A DNA stretch of 64,000 nucleotides from an uncultured Desulfobacter sp. (GCA_963665095.1 OY762069.1:3264001-3328000); one strand, 5' to 3'. Shown: positions 42,399 through 53,330, numbered from the stretch's first letter. Numbers and translations are program-made. The notes: generated from the letters alone by a model not told the origin.

Positions 42399-43866
42399 TT
42401 TTATCTCCTATGGCGGTATAAATATTAAGATCAGGCTCCTGGATTGTCAGGTTCAGTAAATCTGCTTTATGTGTAACATGCAGGGCTCCGGGCTCCTGGG
42501 GAGACCGAACCCGCTGCTCAAGGAGGTTGGCGATGTATTCACATGAGAATGCAGAGAACTTAAAGGCATCTTCAATGGCCATGGCAACTTGTTCCCGGGA
42601 GTAGATTTCACTCAAGGCCACGATTTGCCGTACATGATGGGAGGCGTTAAGCCGCCTGTTCTGCAATTGCCTGTAATACTCCCGGGCCTTGTCAGAGAGG
42701 CTTAAAAAACGCATATAAATTGCCTGGTCTCTGGCCTTTTTGCGCTGGCTCAAAAGGATTTTAGAGTGATCAGGATCTTCAAGGTCGTTTTTGCGGCCAT
42801 AGGATCTGACATGGCGGGCAACCAACTTGTCTTCATGGTAAAAGCAGATCCGATCAGGGTAAAGCTTGGCAGTCAAAGCCACCCCTGCCAGCTGGGCGGG
42901 TACTGTGTAAGCATTTGTATCGATGACTACCCTGTACTGTCTTGAAGCCCGTACCTGCTTTACCACACCGATATCATAGGGTTCTGACGGCAGAGGGTAT
43001 AGGTGGGGCAATTCCAGGGCATACATCTCTGCGGGCTTTTGACCGGTCTCTCCGTGGGTTCTGACATTGGCGACAGTATCAAGCCAGTGTTTGCAGGTGG
43101 GCTCCATGATCTTAAAATCAGGGATTTCAAGACCGTTGAGCAGATTCTTTTTGACATAGCCCACAGCATTTTCAACCCGGCCTTTTTCATTACCCTTGCG
43201 CACATTACAGGGAACAATTGTAAATCCGTAATAATCTGCAAAATCAAGGTATCTGGGGTTGAAGACCGGGGCTTTCCCCAGCAGTCTTTTTAGAACAGCG
43301 GATTTGAGATTGTCCACCATGACCTTTTCCGGCACCTTTCCAAAAAACTCAAATGCATTCTGGTGGCAGCCTAAAAAATGCTCCATGGTCTGGGAGACCG
43401 TGAACTCAACGTACATCATGCGGCTGTGGCACATCACCATCACAAAAAAGCTCAACCGCCGGGTCGTGTTGCCCACCCTTACTGTACTATAAGAACCCCA
43501 GTCCACCTGGGCAGCTTCACCCGGAGCAAAACTCAGTTTCAAATACGCCTTTGTTTTGGGCGGCCGCACCTTCCTGACATAATCCTCAACAATGGTGATG
43601 CCCCCGGCAAAACCATCCTGGGTGATTCGTTGAAATATCTGGCGGGAACTGTAGGGATGTTTTTCAAGCATATGCAGGATGGCGTTCTTATACGGATCAA
43701 GCTTGCTTTCTCTGGGGGCTGACTGTCTGGGCTGGTACCTTTTCAGGTTGGCCCACCTGGCAACTGTCCTGGGGTCCAGATCAAGGGCATTGGCAATCTG
43801 GCTGTATGTCAGGCCGTCTCGGGTAAAGTAATTTCTGATTTGAACATAGGTTTCGTAATCAATCAT
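42391..43866 (-). CDS. istA: IS21 transposase
   Basis: PGEAAQVDW, VDNLKSAV, NEKGRVE. Confidence 0.95.
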   Translation of the reverse strand: MIDYETYVQIRNYFTRDGLTYSQIANALDLDPRTVARWANLKRYQPRQSAPRESKLDPYKNAILHMLEKHPYSSRQIFQRITQDGFAGGITIVEDYVRKVRPPKTKAYLKLSFAPGEAAQVDWGSYSTVRVGNTTRRLSFFVMVMCHSRMMYVEFTVSQTMEHFLGCHQNAFEFFGKVPEKVMVDNLKSAVLKRLLGKAPVFNPRYLDFADYYGFTIVPCNVRKGNEKGRVENAVGYVKKNLLNGLEIPDFKIMEPTCKHWLDTVANVRTHGETGQKPAEMYALELPHLYPLPSEPYDIGVVKQVRASRQYRVVIDTNAYTVPAQLAGVALTAKLYPDRICFYHEDKLVARHVRSYGRKNDLEDPDHSKILLSQRKKARDQAIYMRFLSLSDKAREYYRQLQNRRLNASHHVRQIVALSEIYSREQVAMAIEDAFKFSAFSCEYIANLLEQRVRSPQEPGALHVTHKADLLNLTIQEPDLNIYTAIGDKNA

Positions 43867-44245
43867 GGTTGCCCTCCGCTGCTGCTTTTAGAATATCTGA
43901 AAGACGCAGCATGGAGCCGTGCCGTTTTGATTTACCAGGAGCAGGGTCAAGGGCAAGCACCTGGTAAATAGGTCTCTGCCAGGCAATCAGCCCATTCTGT
44001 ATTAACCCGGAACGTGCTGTCTTCAGGCCATCAGAATCCATGCACAGCCGATCCATGATCGCCTTATCTCCATAGTAGCTGATGCCTTGACTGTCGGCCA
44101 CACACACCAGAAACAGATATAGGGCGGACTGGGAGTGTGTACACCTGTCAATGTGCCGTTCACGCACCAGGCGATGATCGATCCAACTGAAGCTTTGGGG
44201 TGTTTTTCGAACCCTGGATGGTAAAATGGGGGCCTTTGCAATCAT
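43859..44245 (-). CDS. Winged-helix-like accessory protein in the IS21-like element
   Basis: FSWIDHRL...ALYLFLVCVAD..GISYY; overlaps the istA start. Confidence 0.7.
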   Translation of the reverse strand: MIAKAPILPSRVRKTPQSFSWIDHRLVRERHIDRCTHSQSALYLFLVCVADSQGISYYGDKAIMDRLCMDSDGLKTARSGLIQNGLIAWQRPIYQVLALDPAPGKSKRHGSMLRLSDILKAAAEGNHD

Positions 44246-44726
44246 TTTGCTCTCCTTCTTTTTGGGGTTGTGAACATAAAATGTCTTGCCCGTATTTTTT
44301 CATACGAAGGAGCGTGGAAGCGATGTCATCTTGTAACGCACTGCCTGTAAAGTTGGCGATTAACCCTATAATGACAGGAGGTTGCGCCCGTAAGAAATCT
44401 TGTAACGCATTGTCCATGAATTGCGTTGAATCCTGTTTATTTTCAGCCTGTTGGGGCAATATCGAGTCTTGTAACGTATCTGGGCTTTTGGTCTTCTTCC
44501 AATATCCGGGATTCTTCTTTCTCCATTCCTGAACACGTTCAACATGGGCAGGCCCACAAAAGTAGTTTCGATTTTCAGGCTTGTTCAGCCATTTTTTCTG
44601 GCTGCACCTTTTGCTGGCTTTTCTGCACTCAGATCTGGAACAGTATTTTTGAGAGTCTATATTTCTTGGATTAGGAGCGAATAATCTTCTACAATTTCGG
44701 CACCTTCTTTTCTTGAGTAGTCCCAT
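44160..44726 (-). CDS. Cys-rich accessory protein in the IS21-like element
   Basis: CRNC...QKYCSRSEC, WRKKNPGYW; GGAGG RBS. Confidence 0.65.
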   Translation of the reverse strand: MGLLKKRRCRNCRRLFAPNPRNIDSQKYCSRSECRKASKRCSQKKWLNKPENRNYFCGPAHVERVQEWRKKNPGYWKKTKSPDTLQDSILPQQAENKQDSTQFMDNALQDFLRAQPPVIIGLIANFTGSALQDDIASTLLRMKKYGQDILCSQPQKEGEQNDCKGPHFTIQGSKNTPKLQLDRSSPGA

Positions 44727-46972
44727 CTACATATTGCCTCCGATTCAAATCAGACATGAATAAGATCAGTATGTACGGAAAAAAGCAGAGGGCAAAGAAA
44801 GGAAAAAAATGAAGAAGACGAAATTTTTAAATTTGATTTTTAAGAGAAGAAAAACCAGCTAAGAACATACATTTTCAAACCGGGGATTTGGCTGCATTTT
44901 CAAGACGGCCCTGACACCATATCCCAGTTTGAAAGAAGAAAGCCCTCGATAGAAGAGAGAATTTGGCTAAAAAATTCGAACTGAGGTGTCACTGCCTCAA
45001 CAGTGAAGCCGCGTTCTCCATATTCCTTTGCAATCCTGCTAATAACTTGGTTTAGGGAATCCCACCCACCTATATAGGCCTCAGCAAAAGACAGAATATC
45101 CCATGTTAACGCATGATTTCTTTTGTCATTTGCCTTGTTTCGATCGTTCCGAATATTCAGCGGGATCAGTTGAAAGAGACTGCTGGCACATTCTTCTGAG
45201 TTTTTAGGATCAAGCAGTTCTTTAACTATATCCCATCGCCAGCCATCCTTTTGGGTACGTCGCTTATCATACACAATTGGGTCGGCAAACAGTATGCTAC
45301 CTTCGGTATGCATTCCGGCTCGACCAGCCCGACCAATGAGATTATGGAAATCACGAACTTTTATTCTTTCTAATCCCTGATACACGCTGGTCACAACAAG
45401 ATATCGAATGGGAAGGTTTACGCCTTGTGCCAATGTGGATGTGCATACGACAAACCTCACAAGATTTTCACGCATAGCATGTTCCACTGAAAGACGGATA
45501 CCGTGTGGTGTATTACCATGATGTGAAAATATGCCATACTTGGCACTCATTGAAGCTGATGCTGAATCACCAAGGTTTTCTACATGGAGATAATGAAGCC
45601 GCTCAATCTCTTTCAGGTCTGAAAACTCTTGTGGCAGCGGAAGTGGAATGCCACGTTGAATGATATCAACCGCTTTTTCACAGATGCTTGCAGCAGTTGA
45701 TTTTTTCCCGCAAAAAATAGCAATGCTTCCGTTTGTGGATAGTTTTATTCCAAGATAAATAGCAATTGCTTGGCCGTCTTTTTTCTCCGGAAAAAACCTA
45801 TCCTTTCGCTCTCTGCCTCTTCTGCCAAGATTAAATCGCTCGATTACCCTTGGAACGAAAAATTCGTTTTGTTCAACGTCACGGCTGTCAACGTACTCAA
45901 TCCTTCCCAATTGATCGAGCCAGCTTGCAAATCCGACAGATCTGAAAGTTGGAATCAGCGATGTTCCTTCGACGACATTGGAGTCACCATTCAGCCATTC
46001 ACCGACAGACTCAGCATTACTAATGACAGCAGAGATCAGCACTTTCTGGGCATCGTCGGGAATCATTGAAAGTAATGAAGTCAAGAGCAGCTCATAAGTG
46101 ATCCCACGAGTGCCGCTATCAAACTGGTGACCTTCATCAAAAACCAGCATTCCAACATGGGTCGCTAACTCCGGGGCGTGCCGAAGGACGTAAAGTAACT
46201 TTTCAGGAGTTACAACAAGAATCTGCTGGTGCCCCAGTAATTCAGCAATTTCGAAATCGGTCTGAAGCGCATCCGATAATTCATCAACTTTGGTAGATTC
46301 ATTGAGAAATGCATCAACGAGACTGTTTTTGATCTCATGGCAAAGCGCCCTAAAAGGAGCGATGATGATAGCCAGTGAAACCCGACCTGCAAGGAATGCG
46401 CTTCGGAGTATCAGCTCAGTTGCCTTTGTTTTACCTGCACTTGTAGGCATTTGAACAATTGCTGATTCACCTTTGAGAACGCCAGCCTTACCCAAGAGAT
46501 GTTGTGCAGGCCAGAGTTCTTTGATAAACGACTCTTTTTGCAAAGCATAAAGCCATTTATCACGAGGCTGTTCCGAATATAAAGGTAGAGCATTCCAAGC
46601 GGAATTTTCGAGCTTTCTTTTCAAAACAGATGCGATCACTGAAGTGGACCCCATGTCAAGACCGATTTTAACGTTTTTTAAGCTACATTTTCTCTGTTTC
46701 TAATTTCGAATCAGCCTGTTAAAGACCCTCTTTTCCGGCATATTTTTCTTGATATTTAATACCGCTATGTTATCCTCCCGCCGCCAACCCGGAGGATAGG
46801 GCAATGCTGGGAAGCAACCTGAGCGCCGTGGCTGGCGACGAAGACATGGGGGCAGTATACGTTTAATGTATGCTGTCCTTCCCCCATGTTTTTGTCCTTA
46901 ATGCGTTAAATCCTCGCGCCTTAGCGCGAAATCAATACCCCGTAGGGCCGCCGGAGGCATCAGGCCTTTCCT

Positions 46973-47779
46973 TTAAGCCGCTCGATAGACCGAAAACGGC
47001 ACCTTATACCCCAGGGCTGAATGAAGTCTCTCCCGATTATAAAACCCGATAAACGCTTTTAACGATTGCTGAGCCTCTCTTACCGTTCTGTAGTCCTTCA
47101 AATAGACTTCTTCGTATTTAATCGTTCTCCACAGCCGTTCCACAAAAACGTTGTCCAAGGCTCTGCCCTTTGAATCCATGCTGATTTTGATGTTTTTAGC
47201 CTGGAGTATCTTCAAAAATTTTAATGAAGTGAACTGACTACCCTGGTCAGTGTTGAAAATCTCAGGTGTCGATACAATCAATGCCTCCTCAAGGGCCTCA
47301 ATACAAAATGTATTCTCAAGGGTGTTACTGAGGCGCCATGAAAGGACATATCTGCTAAACCAATCCATAACCGCCAATAAGTACATAAATCCGTTTCCAA
47401 TTCTAATGTATGTGATATCTGTACTCCATACCTGATCTGGCCTGTCAATTACGGCATTTTTCAGCAAATAGGGGTAAACTTTATGGCTTTCATCCCTCCT
47501 TGTTGTTTTAGGTCCTGGGTAAATCGCTTCTATTCTCATCAGCTTCATCAGGCGCTGTACTCGTTTCCTGCTTACCGGATACCCCATATTGTTCAGCCAG
47601 GCTGTAAGCCTACGGCTTCCATAAAAGGGGGTTTTGGTATGCTGCTCATCAAGCAGATCCATAAGGGTTAATGTATACGGGCTTATGGCTACCGGCCTGT
47701 AATACAACGCCCCTTTTGAAACCTGAAGCAGTTCACACTGCCGGTTAATGCTGATGGAAGGATGTTGTTTATCTATCAA
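46973..47779 (-). CDS. IS3 OrfB (DDE domain)
   Basis: WSTDITY, NTDQGSQF, DNVFVERLWRTIKYE. Confidence 0.95.
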   Translation of the reverse strand: MIDKQHPSISINRQCELLQVSKGALYYRPVAISPYTLTLMDLLDEQHTKTPFYGSRRLTAWLNNMGYPVSRKRVQRLMKLMRIEAIYPGPKTTRRDESHKVYPYLLKNAVIDRPDQVWSTDITYIRIGNGFMYLLAVMDWFSRYVLSWRLSNTLENTFCIEALEEALIVSTPEIFNTDQGSQFTSLKFLKILQAKNIKISMDSKGRALDNVFVERLWRTIKYEEVYLKDYRTVREAQQSLKAFIGFYNRERLHSALGYKVPFSVYRAA

Positions 47780-47789
47780 CCCCCTTCTG

Positions 47790-48074
47790 TCAGAGATTGA
47801 TTGTATTAACCTTTTTTTTTAACCAGTCATTCTCAACTTCGAGCTGACCGATTTTCTTATATAATTCGTCTATTAGATTCTGAGTATCATTTGGGCTTTT
47901 CTTTTTCGCTGATGAAAACAACGTCGGAAGACCCTCTATCGCTTCTTTCTTCCATCTGTTTAACATAGTTCGATGAACCTGGTATTTGGATGACAACTCC
48001 GCAAGAGTTTCATTTTCTCGAATCACATCAACTACAACTTTAGCTTTGAACTTTCCGGTATAATTTTTTCTCAT
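47790..48074 (-). CDS. IS3 OrfA (HTH)
   Basis: FKAKVV...LAELSSKYQVH...LYKKIGQLEVENDWLKKK. Confidence 0.92.
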   Translation of the reverse strand: MRKNYTGKFKAKVVVDVIRENETLAELSSKYQVHRTMLNRWKKEAIEGLPTLFSSAKKKSPNDTQNLIDELYKKIGQLEVENDWLKKKVNTINL

Positions 48075-48761
48075 GGACCTCCTTTTTCGGTACAAATTTG
48101 AACCGGGTTTTTATCACCTCATATGTACCTTAGCAACTGGTTCAAATTTCGGGGTCCATTATACACATCTCCAAAGAGGAGTTCCCGCGGTGTGCCGAAG
48201 TCATAGGCAGTTTTTCTCAGCTTTGCAGCTAAATTGAGGAGGTTGTCTTCACCTGATCCGTTTTCGAAAAACTGAAGGAGCCAATGAGAAATGCCATCGA
48301 TTGATTCTCCAAAGGGTCCATCAGAGCCTTCAAAATAGGTTTCAAGGTCGGCTTGCAACAACCAGAGCAACAGGTCTTCCAGACCAGAGCCATATAGATC
48401 CGGGCAGTCGCCATCAATGCGCTTTGCCAATACCGATGCACTTCCGGGAAGATCACACAGGTAATACGATGCAGAGCCGAGAAGTATAAGATACGGATCA
48501 AGAATCTCTTTCAGCCCTGACTGGAGAAAGGAGTCGAAAAAACGGGCAGAGAACAGCAAGTTGTTTCTCAGCTCCGAGACAGATTCAGGATATAACTCTC
48601 CCCGGTTAATAGCAGCGGCAAGATCCCCCAAAAGGGCTATTGAGACAGTGAAGAGCTTGGCCGGATCTTGTTTAATTTTTATGTGATGCTCTTCTGGTAC
48701 ACCATACTCAATCATTTTGGCCTTTGATCGAGTAACACCCAACAGCAAAAGGGATTTCTGT

Positions 48762-49328
48762 TCAGGCCTCATCCGCAGCCCTCCTATATAGTTCGTGGAC
48801 AAGCTCCATCATGCCGGGGCCCTTGATAACTAAGAGAACCAGATTGTCACCGTTTGGATGAGGAAAGAATGTCTTGGATTCAAAAACAAACAGAACATCC
48901 TTAGTGGAGGCTTTGCCATCTTTTTTATTAAATCGAAATCCGATTACATCGCTACCCTTTGGCGATTCATCTCGAACAACTTTCAATGACCATCGCACTC
49001 TGGGGACCCAATATCCGAGAAGCCATTGGAGATAATCGGAAACAAGAATCTCCCCAAAGTCTCCTGCCCGGATACCCGGACCGAGTTTTGTTGATTTGCT
49101 CGGAAACTTTATATCGATCAGGTAATCTGACCTTGTGCGTTTACCTCGGAGAAAATCAATGTCGGTATCCAGACAATAGTGATTTCGGAAATGTTTTGCC
49201 CAAGCTGAGAGCACGGCATCATTTTCCTCATGGCAGAAATCCCATACCTCGACATCTTTACCATCTGCGGTTTTCAACCGTTCGCCAGTATCAACAAACC
49301 ATTTAGTATGTTCCGAAGTCCAAGGCAT
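48762..49328 (-). CDS. hamA: Hachiman HamA (DUF1837 nuclease), probably internally deleted
   Basis: HFRNHYC, GDFGEIL, KGSDVIGF, FESK nuclease motif; directly upstream of the helicase; short (188 aa). Confidence 0.75.
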   Translation of the reverse strand: MPWTSEHTKWFVDTGERLKTADGKDVEVWDFCHEENDAVLSAWAKHFRNHYCLDTDIDFLRGKRTRSDYLIDIKFPSKSTKLGPGIRAGDFGEILVSDYLQWLLGYWVPRVRWSLKVVRDESPKGSDVIGFRFNKKDGKASTKDVLFVFESKTFFPHPNGDNLVLLVIKGPGMMELVHELYRRAADEA

Positions 49329-49445
49329 TCCAATTCCTGTTCTTTGCGGTCAGTTGCAAAACCATTGTTTGTCTACCGATACTTAAAATGATGGTCCTGG
49401 TCCCTCAGGTTCTGAATCGTCAGATTCAATTTCTTGCCAAGCTTT

Positions 49446-50045
49446 TCATATGATCCACGCCAAAATCAAACCACCAATAACCGTAACTATCACCCCTAAT
49501 ATTACTATGCCCCAAGGTTTTTTATACCAAGGCTCCATATCCTTTGTAACAATTTTCGAATTCGTACTACGATGACTGAGAACCGAATAAATCGGACATT
49601 CTGTATAATGCTGTGGTGTTAGTGTCGCCCACGCCCATCTCCAATCTTTTGATACAGCTTGTCCTTCTCCAAGCCTTTTATGTGCAATATCCTTATCTAT
49701 TTCATCTGAATAGCGACTTAGCTGTGAAGCAAAATATCCAAATGCTTCAAAGGTAACTTCAGGGCAAAAATTGCTGAAGTGGTTGACCTGGCCTGCTGGG
49801 CCTGAAACTGATGTTTCCTGCTCTCCAGTTTTGGGCCACAAATCATTTTTCTTCCAAAAATTAAGTAATTTCTTGTCTTCAGACGCCTCAATCTTGGTGG
49901 CCCCAGCCTCTCCCATTAAAGACAAGCTCTGATAATATCGTGGGCAGGACTTCACAGAAGCAAAGGGGCAACGAGGAGGTAGTGAACCTTCTAAATTCTT
50001 TTTCTTATACCAATCTAAATCTGGCACGACGATGGACATCTTCAT
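49446..50045 (-). CDS. Hypothetical protein with Cys motifs and a C-terminal TM anchor
   Basis: CPF....CPRYYQSL, NFCPE, HYTECP; hydrophobic C-terminus. Confidence 0.7.
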   Translation of the reverse strand: MKMSIVVPDLDWYKKKNLEGSLPPRCPFASVKSCPRYYQSLSLMGEAGATKIEASEDKKLLNFWKKNDLWPKTGEQETSVSGPAGQVNHFSNFCPEVTFEAFGYFASQLSRYSDEIDKDIAHKRLGEGQAVSKDWRWAWATLTPQHYTECPIYSVLSHRSTNSKIVTKDMEPWYKKPWGIVILGVIVTVIGGLILAWII

Positions 50046-50046
50046 T

Positions 50047-50520
50047 TCACCTCAATTTTGTTACGCCTACAGCCCGTTCAATACCTTCAACCTTCATTTT
50101 GTATCCTGCTCCAGATTTGAAAATCATCACTCTTGGCATGAAGGAATAATGATAGTGATAAAAATATTCTGATTGCTACCAAACTTGGCCGTTCATCAAT
50201 TTAACAATTGTTTCACCTTCCCATCCTTCAAAATCACCATCGATTTGGGTTTCGATAACATTGGGTGTTGCTTGTTGTGATTCAACGATTTTTGCTGCTT
50301 GCTGCTCGATTCCGTCTGTCTTGCCTTTTTCGTACCCTAACAAAAACTTTTCAATTAATAGAATTCTAAGTTTTTCTTTTTCCGATTCGGTTAGTTTTTG
50401 AACTCCAATTGCAGTTTGCTCTCCTTTAGAGAGGATTTTATCAAGCGGTAAATCCGGATATTGTTGAGCAAAAGCTGTTTCAACACAGCACAATAAAATT
50501 ATAATGAAAATTCGTTTCAT
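50047..50520 (-). pseudogene. Cassette-borne secreted protein with premature TAG
   Basis: Signal peptide; IDGDFEGWEGETIVKLMNGQVW*QSEY reads on to TGA 50047-50049. Confidence 0.7.
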
Positions 50521-50536
50521 GCCGTTCTCCTTAAGG

Positions 50537-50599
50537 GCATAACGCCGCTTTTGCAGCGGGCGCGGCTTTTTGCGCTCCGCTGCAAAAGCGGCGTTAGAC
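50537..50599 (-). other. attC site (atypical, almost perfect palindrome)
   Basis: GTCTAAC...GTTATGC; stop codon of 50594..51160 lies in the inverse core. Confidence 0.8.
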
Positions 50600-51160
50600 T
50601 ATTGGCTTTATTTTAATGCGCCATGAGCATTTACTTGCTCCCAAAAAAATCGAATCCACAAACGTAATATCAACTACTGAGAATACACTGTTAAAAAAAA
50701 CTGACATGTGACCAATACTACATTTGCAATAGTCATTATCTGTTGTGAATGGCTTTCCTTTATTTATCAGGCCACATATACACTTACTTCTTTCAACAAT
50801 GATTGTATTATCATTTGATTGATAAGCTATCGTTGTGTTGTATTTTTTCTCTTCTTCATTGAGGTTAGAAAAAAAAGCATCAACAGAATTTGAATTGTTC
50901 CAAATTTGCTTTGCCAAATTAGACCATGACTTCCCACAGCATTGTGCACCACACTCAAATAAAACTTTCTCTGTACTCGGTTTACCTATGATTTCACGCA
51001 TTCTATTAACTGTTGTTCCAACATAGTCAGTTTGTTCAACCTTTTTCAGATTGTTGAAGCTATCGGAACCAATTAATATTTGATCCATTTTCTCTTGAAA
51101 CCCCAGTTTTCTTAAGTTTTTGGTAATTCGTCCAAAACGACCTGTTTCTTGATATTTCAT
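50594..51160 (-). CDS. Cassette gene, Cys-rich hypothetical protein (DUF6144-like)
   Basis: ECGAQCC, KCICG, YCKCSIGH; flanked by ATTAGAC / GTCTAAC. Confidence 0.65.
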   Translation of the reverse strand: MKYQETGRFGRITKNLRKLGFQEKMDQILIGSDSFNNLKKVEQTDYVGTTVNRMREIIGKPSTEKVLFECGAQCCGKSWSNLAKQIWNNSNSVDAFFSNLNEEEKKYNTTIAYQSNDNTIIVERSKCICGLINKGKPFTTDNDYCKCSIGHMSVFFNSVFSVVDITFVDSIFLGASKCSWRIKIKPIV

Positions 51161-51183
51161 AATTTATTTTATCCATTTTTTGT

Positions 51184-51256
51184 GTCTAATCGCGGTGCTG
51201 ACCGGCACCTTGCGCCGATCAGGCAAACGAAATTTGAATGATTGGTGTGCGGTGTC
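51184..51256 (-). other. Partial attC (3' part only)
   Basis: CGGACACC...GGTGCCG stem ending in ATTAGAC; R'' and L'' missing. Confidence 0.5.
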
Positions 51257-51384
51257 CGAGAACGTGGTGTTCAGTGGGCGGGCGACGAATCACGACAGCC
51301 GACCAGAGAACGAAACTGGTTGAAAAAAGACAGCGGATAACGAAGGCGCGCTGTCGCCCGATCCACTGGAACACATGGTTCGGC
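51257..51384 (-). other. attC site
   Basis: GCCGAAC-5-GTTCCAGT...ACTGAAC-5-GTTCTCG, extra base in L''. Confidence 0.88.
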
Positions 51385-52227
51385 AATTTTTCTTATTTCA
51401 ATCATGACTTAATGCTGTCTTGAAAAGAGCTTCTTCTGGGTTCTTTATTGCTGAAATAATATTTTCGGCAATCTTATCTATTAGTTTTTGCCCCCAAAAT
51501 GGATCTTTCATATCATAGTAAATTACTCTTATATGGTTAAGATCAAAAGGAACATCTTCTTCATTGGAAGAAACTAAAACCACTGGCTTTTGAAGAGCAT
51601 GTGCTAAACCAAGTTCATAAAACACATTAGCATTTCTGGATGTTAGTTCAGCTACTAGCACTTTTGATGTTGTTATGCCTTTCCAGATTTGATCAATAAT
51701 TTTTCCTGTTGAAAAAATGTCATCATCTGCTCGTATTGGGGTAAGCCCTGCTTTTTCAATAGCAGGCTTATAAATAAGAGAGTAATAGCCACCCAATGGT
51801 TCTGCAAAGGGCATCATTACAAAGCATGTGTCATTTATATTTACCTTAACACCTTTTCCAATGGTCTTAAGTCGGCTATCCTTATCATCGTTAAATCCGT
51901 TTGAGGAAGCAGTTACATCTAATAACCAATAAGGATTGATGCGACCTGACAAGGTCGCTTTCAATCCATTGTTCAAGAAGCCCGGGTTTCATATGGGTAA
52001 AGATTGATTGTGGTGCAGGCGGGGTAGGCAAGCACAGGGTGGAAATTGATAAAAAGTGCTTGCCGGTATGCTTTAACTTTTCAATTTTGAATAATTTTGA
52101 CGTCGTTCTTTGAAAAACAGGACAGGTTCAGGGTTCGTTTTTCGGCCGCAGGACGTACTCGTCCCTGACGGTTCAGAAAACCGTTAAAAAACATGTATCC
52201 TAAAACCCGTTCCCTTTACGTTGAAGC

Positions 52228-53328
52228 CTATCCGAACCCAAAATCAGGCAACGGTAAGGGGCGGATATAGTAGATGTGACATCTGAGCTTGAGGCCCGCC
52301 CCGCATTCCGGGCAAATTGGCTTTGGCGAAGATTTGGGTGTTTCTATAGGCCGCTGTTCTTTGAACCCCAGGGTTGACTGGATAAGTGAACGGATTCGTT
52401 CAAGCGGGATGGAAGATCCCGGTCCCATGAAGCCATAATATCGGATTTTCATAAATCCTGTGGGCAGGACATGCTGAAGGAACCTGCGCATAAATTCCAT
52501 TGTATCAAGGGTCATTTTCCGCAGGCGCCGGCTGCCGGGCTTTTTATAATGGAACATCACCTTCTGCTGATCGTAATGGATAATCCGGTAGTCGGAAATC
52601 GCCACTTTGAACACATAGGGGGCCAGGTATTTGATACTGTGGTGACTGGAAACGGCCTGGGAATTTACGTTGAACGGCTTTGACCAGACGTCCGGAGCAA
52701 TACTTTGAAGTATTCCGGCCGTATTCAGCTGGGTTTTAAGCTTTGCTCTGAACACCTTGGACATGGCTTTGACCGGAGCGAAGAAGGCCGGACGGCAGGG
52801 ATGCCATTTGCCGTCGGTCCGGGAATATGCTCCGCCGGGAACAACATAATGGATGTGCGGATGATACTGCATGGTCCGTCCCCAGGTGTGAAGGACTCCA
52901 AAAAAGCCGGGCAGATCACCGCCGATGAATTTGCTGTCCCTGGCAAAGGCTTTAAGTGTCTGTGAGGATGCCGCAAACAGTGCCGCATAGGCCTCCTTCT
53001 GGTTGCTTCGAAACAGAGCGCGCAATTGTTCCGGGATGGTAAATGTTATCAGAAAATGAGGGCCCGGCAGTTGTCGTTCCAGCTGCCGGTCACGCCACTG
53101 GCGGGTTTTATGGTACTGGCATATGGGGCAGTGACGGTTTCCACAGGAACGAAAACCGAAATGTATCCGGCCGCAGCCGGTACAATCATAGACCACCAGG
53201 CCGCAGGCAGACGTCCGGCAGGAAATGATTGCCTTCAAGGCTTTTATGTGATTTTTTGGAATGCGGGTTTTATACCGATGGAGGTATTCCCGGGCTGACC
53301 GGGCAAAAATGTTTTGAATGGCTCCCAT
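52228..53328 (-). CDS. IS91-family Y2 (HUH) transposase with Zn-binding domain
   Basis: [42 protein letters not shown]. Confidence 0.95.
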   Translation of the reverse strand: MGAIQNIFARSAREYLHRYKTRIPKNHIKALKAIISCRTSACGLVVYDCTGCGRIHFGFRSCGNRHCPICQYHKTRQWRDRQLERQLPGPHFLITFTIPEQLRALFRSNQKEAYAALFAASSQTLKAFARDSKFIGGDLPGFFGVLHTWGRTMQYHPHIHYVVPGGAYSRTDGKWHPCRPAFFAPVKAMSKVFRAKLKTQLNTAGILQSIAPDVWSKPFNVNSQAVSSHHSIKYLAPYVFKVAISDYRIIHYDQQKVMFHYKKPGSRRLRKMTLDTMEFMRRFLQHVLPTGFMKIRYYGFMGPGSSIPLERIRSLIQSTLGFKEQRPIETPKSSPKPICPECGAGLKLRCHIYYIRPLPLPDFGFG

Positions 53329-53330
53329 GG

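Larger units (their letters stand above)
41565..44916 (-). mobile_element. IS21-family element with two extra upstream ORFs
   Basis: TGTCAGG terminal IRs; imperfect duplication CCTATAT / CC-ATAT; istA-istB pair. Confidence 0.88.
46640..48163 (-). mobile_element. IS3-family insertion sequence
   Basis: IRs TGAAGTGGACCCC / TATAATGGACCCC; 3-bp duplication CAC; orfA/orfB with A9G slippery run at ~47811-47820. Confidence 0.92.
40744..48772 (-). pseudogene. hamB: Hachiman helicase HamB (DEAD/DEAH box) split into three pieces by IS3 and an IS21-like element
   Basis: PTSAGKT, TPEK, DEGH, STLAQGVNLP, GRAGR; junctions restore FGDV/IASVL and NWD/IGES; start overlaps the hamA stop. Confidence 0.85.

Noticed and set aside
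50060..50066. GCGTAAC (minus strand) as the inverse core closing the last cassette
   Set aside because: It lies inside coding sequence with no L boxes or hairpin following
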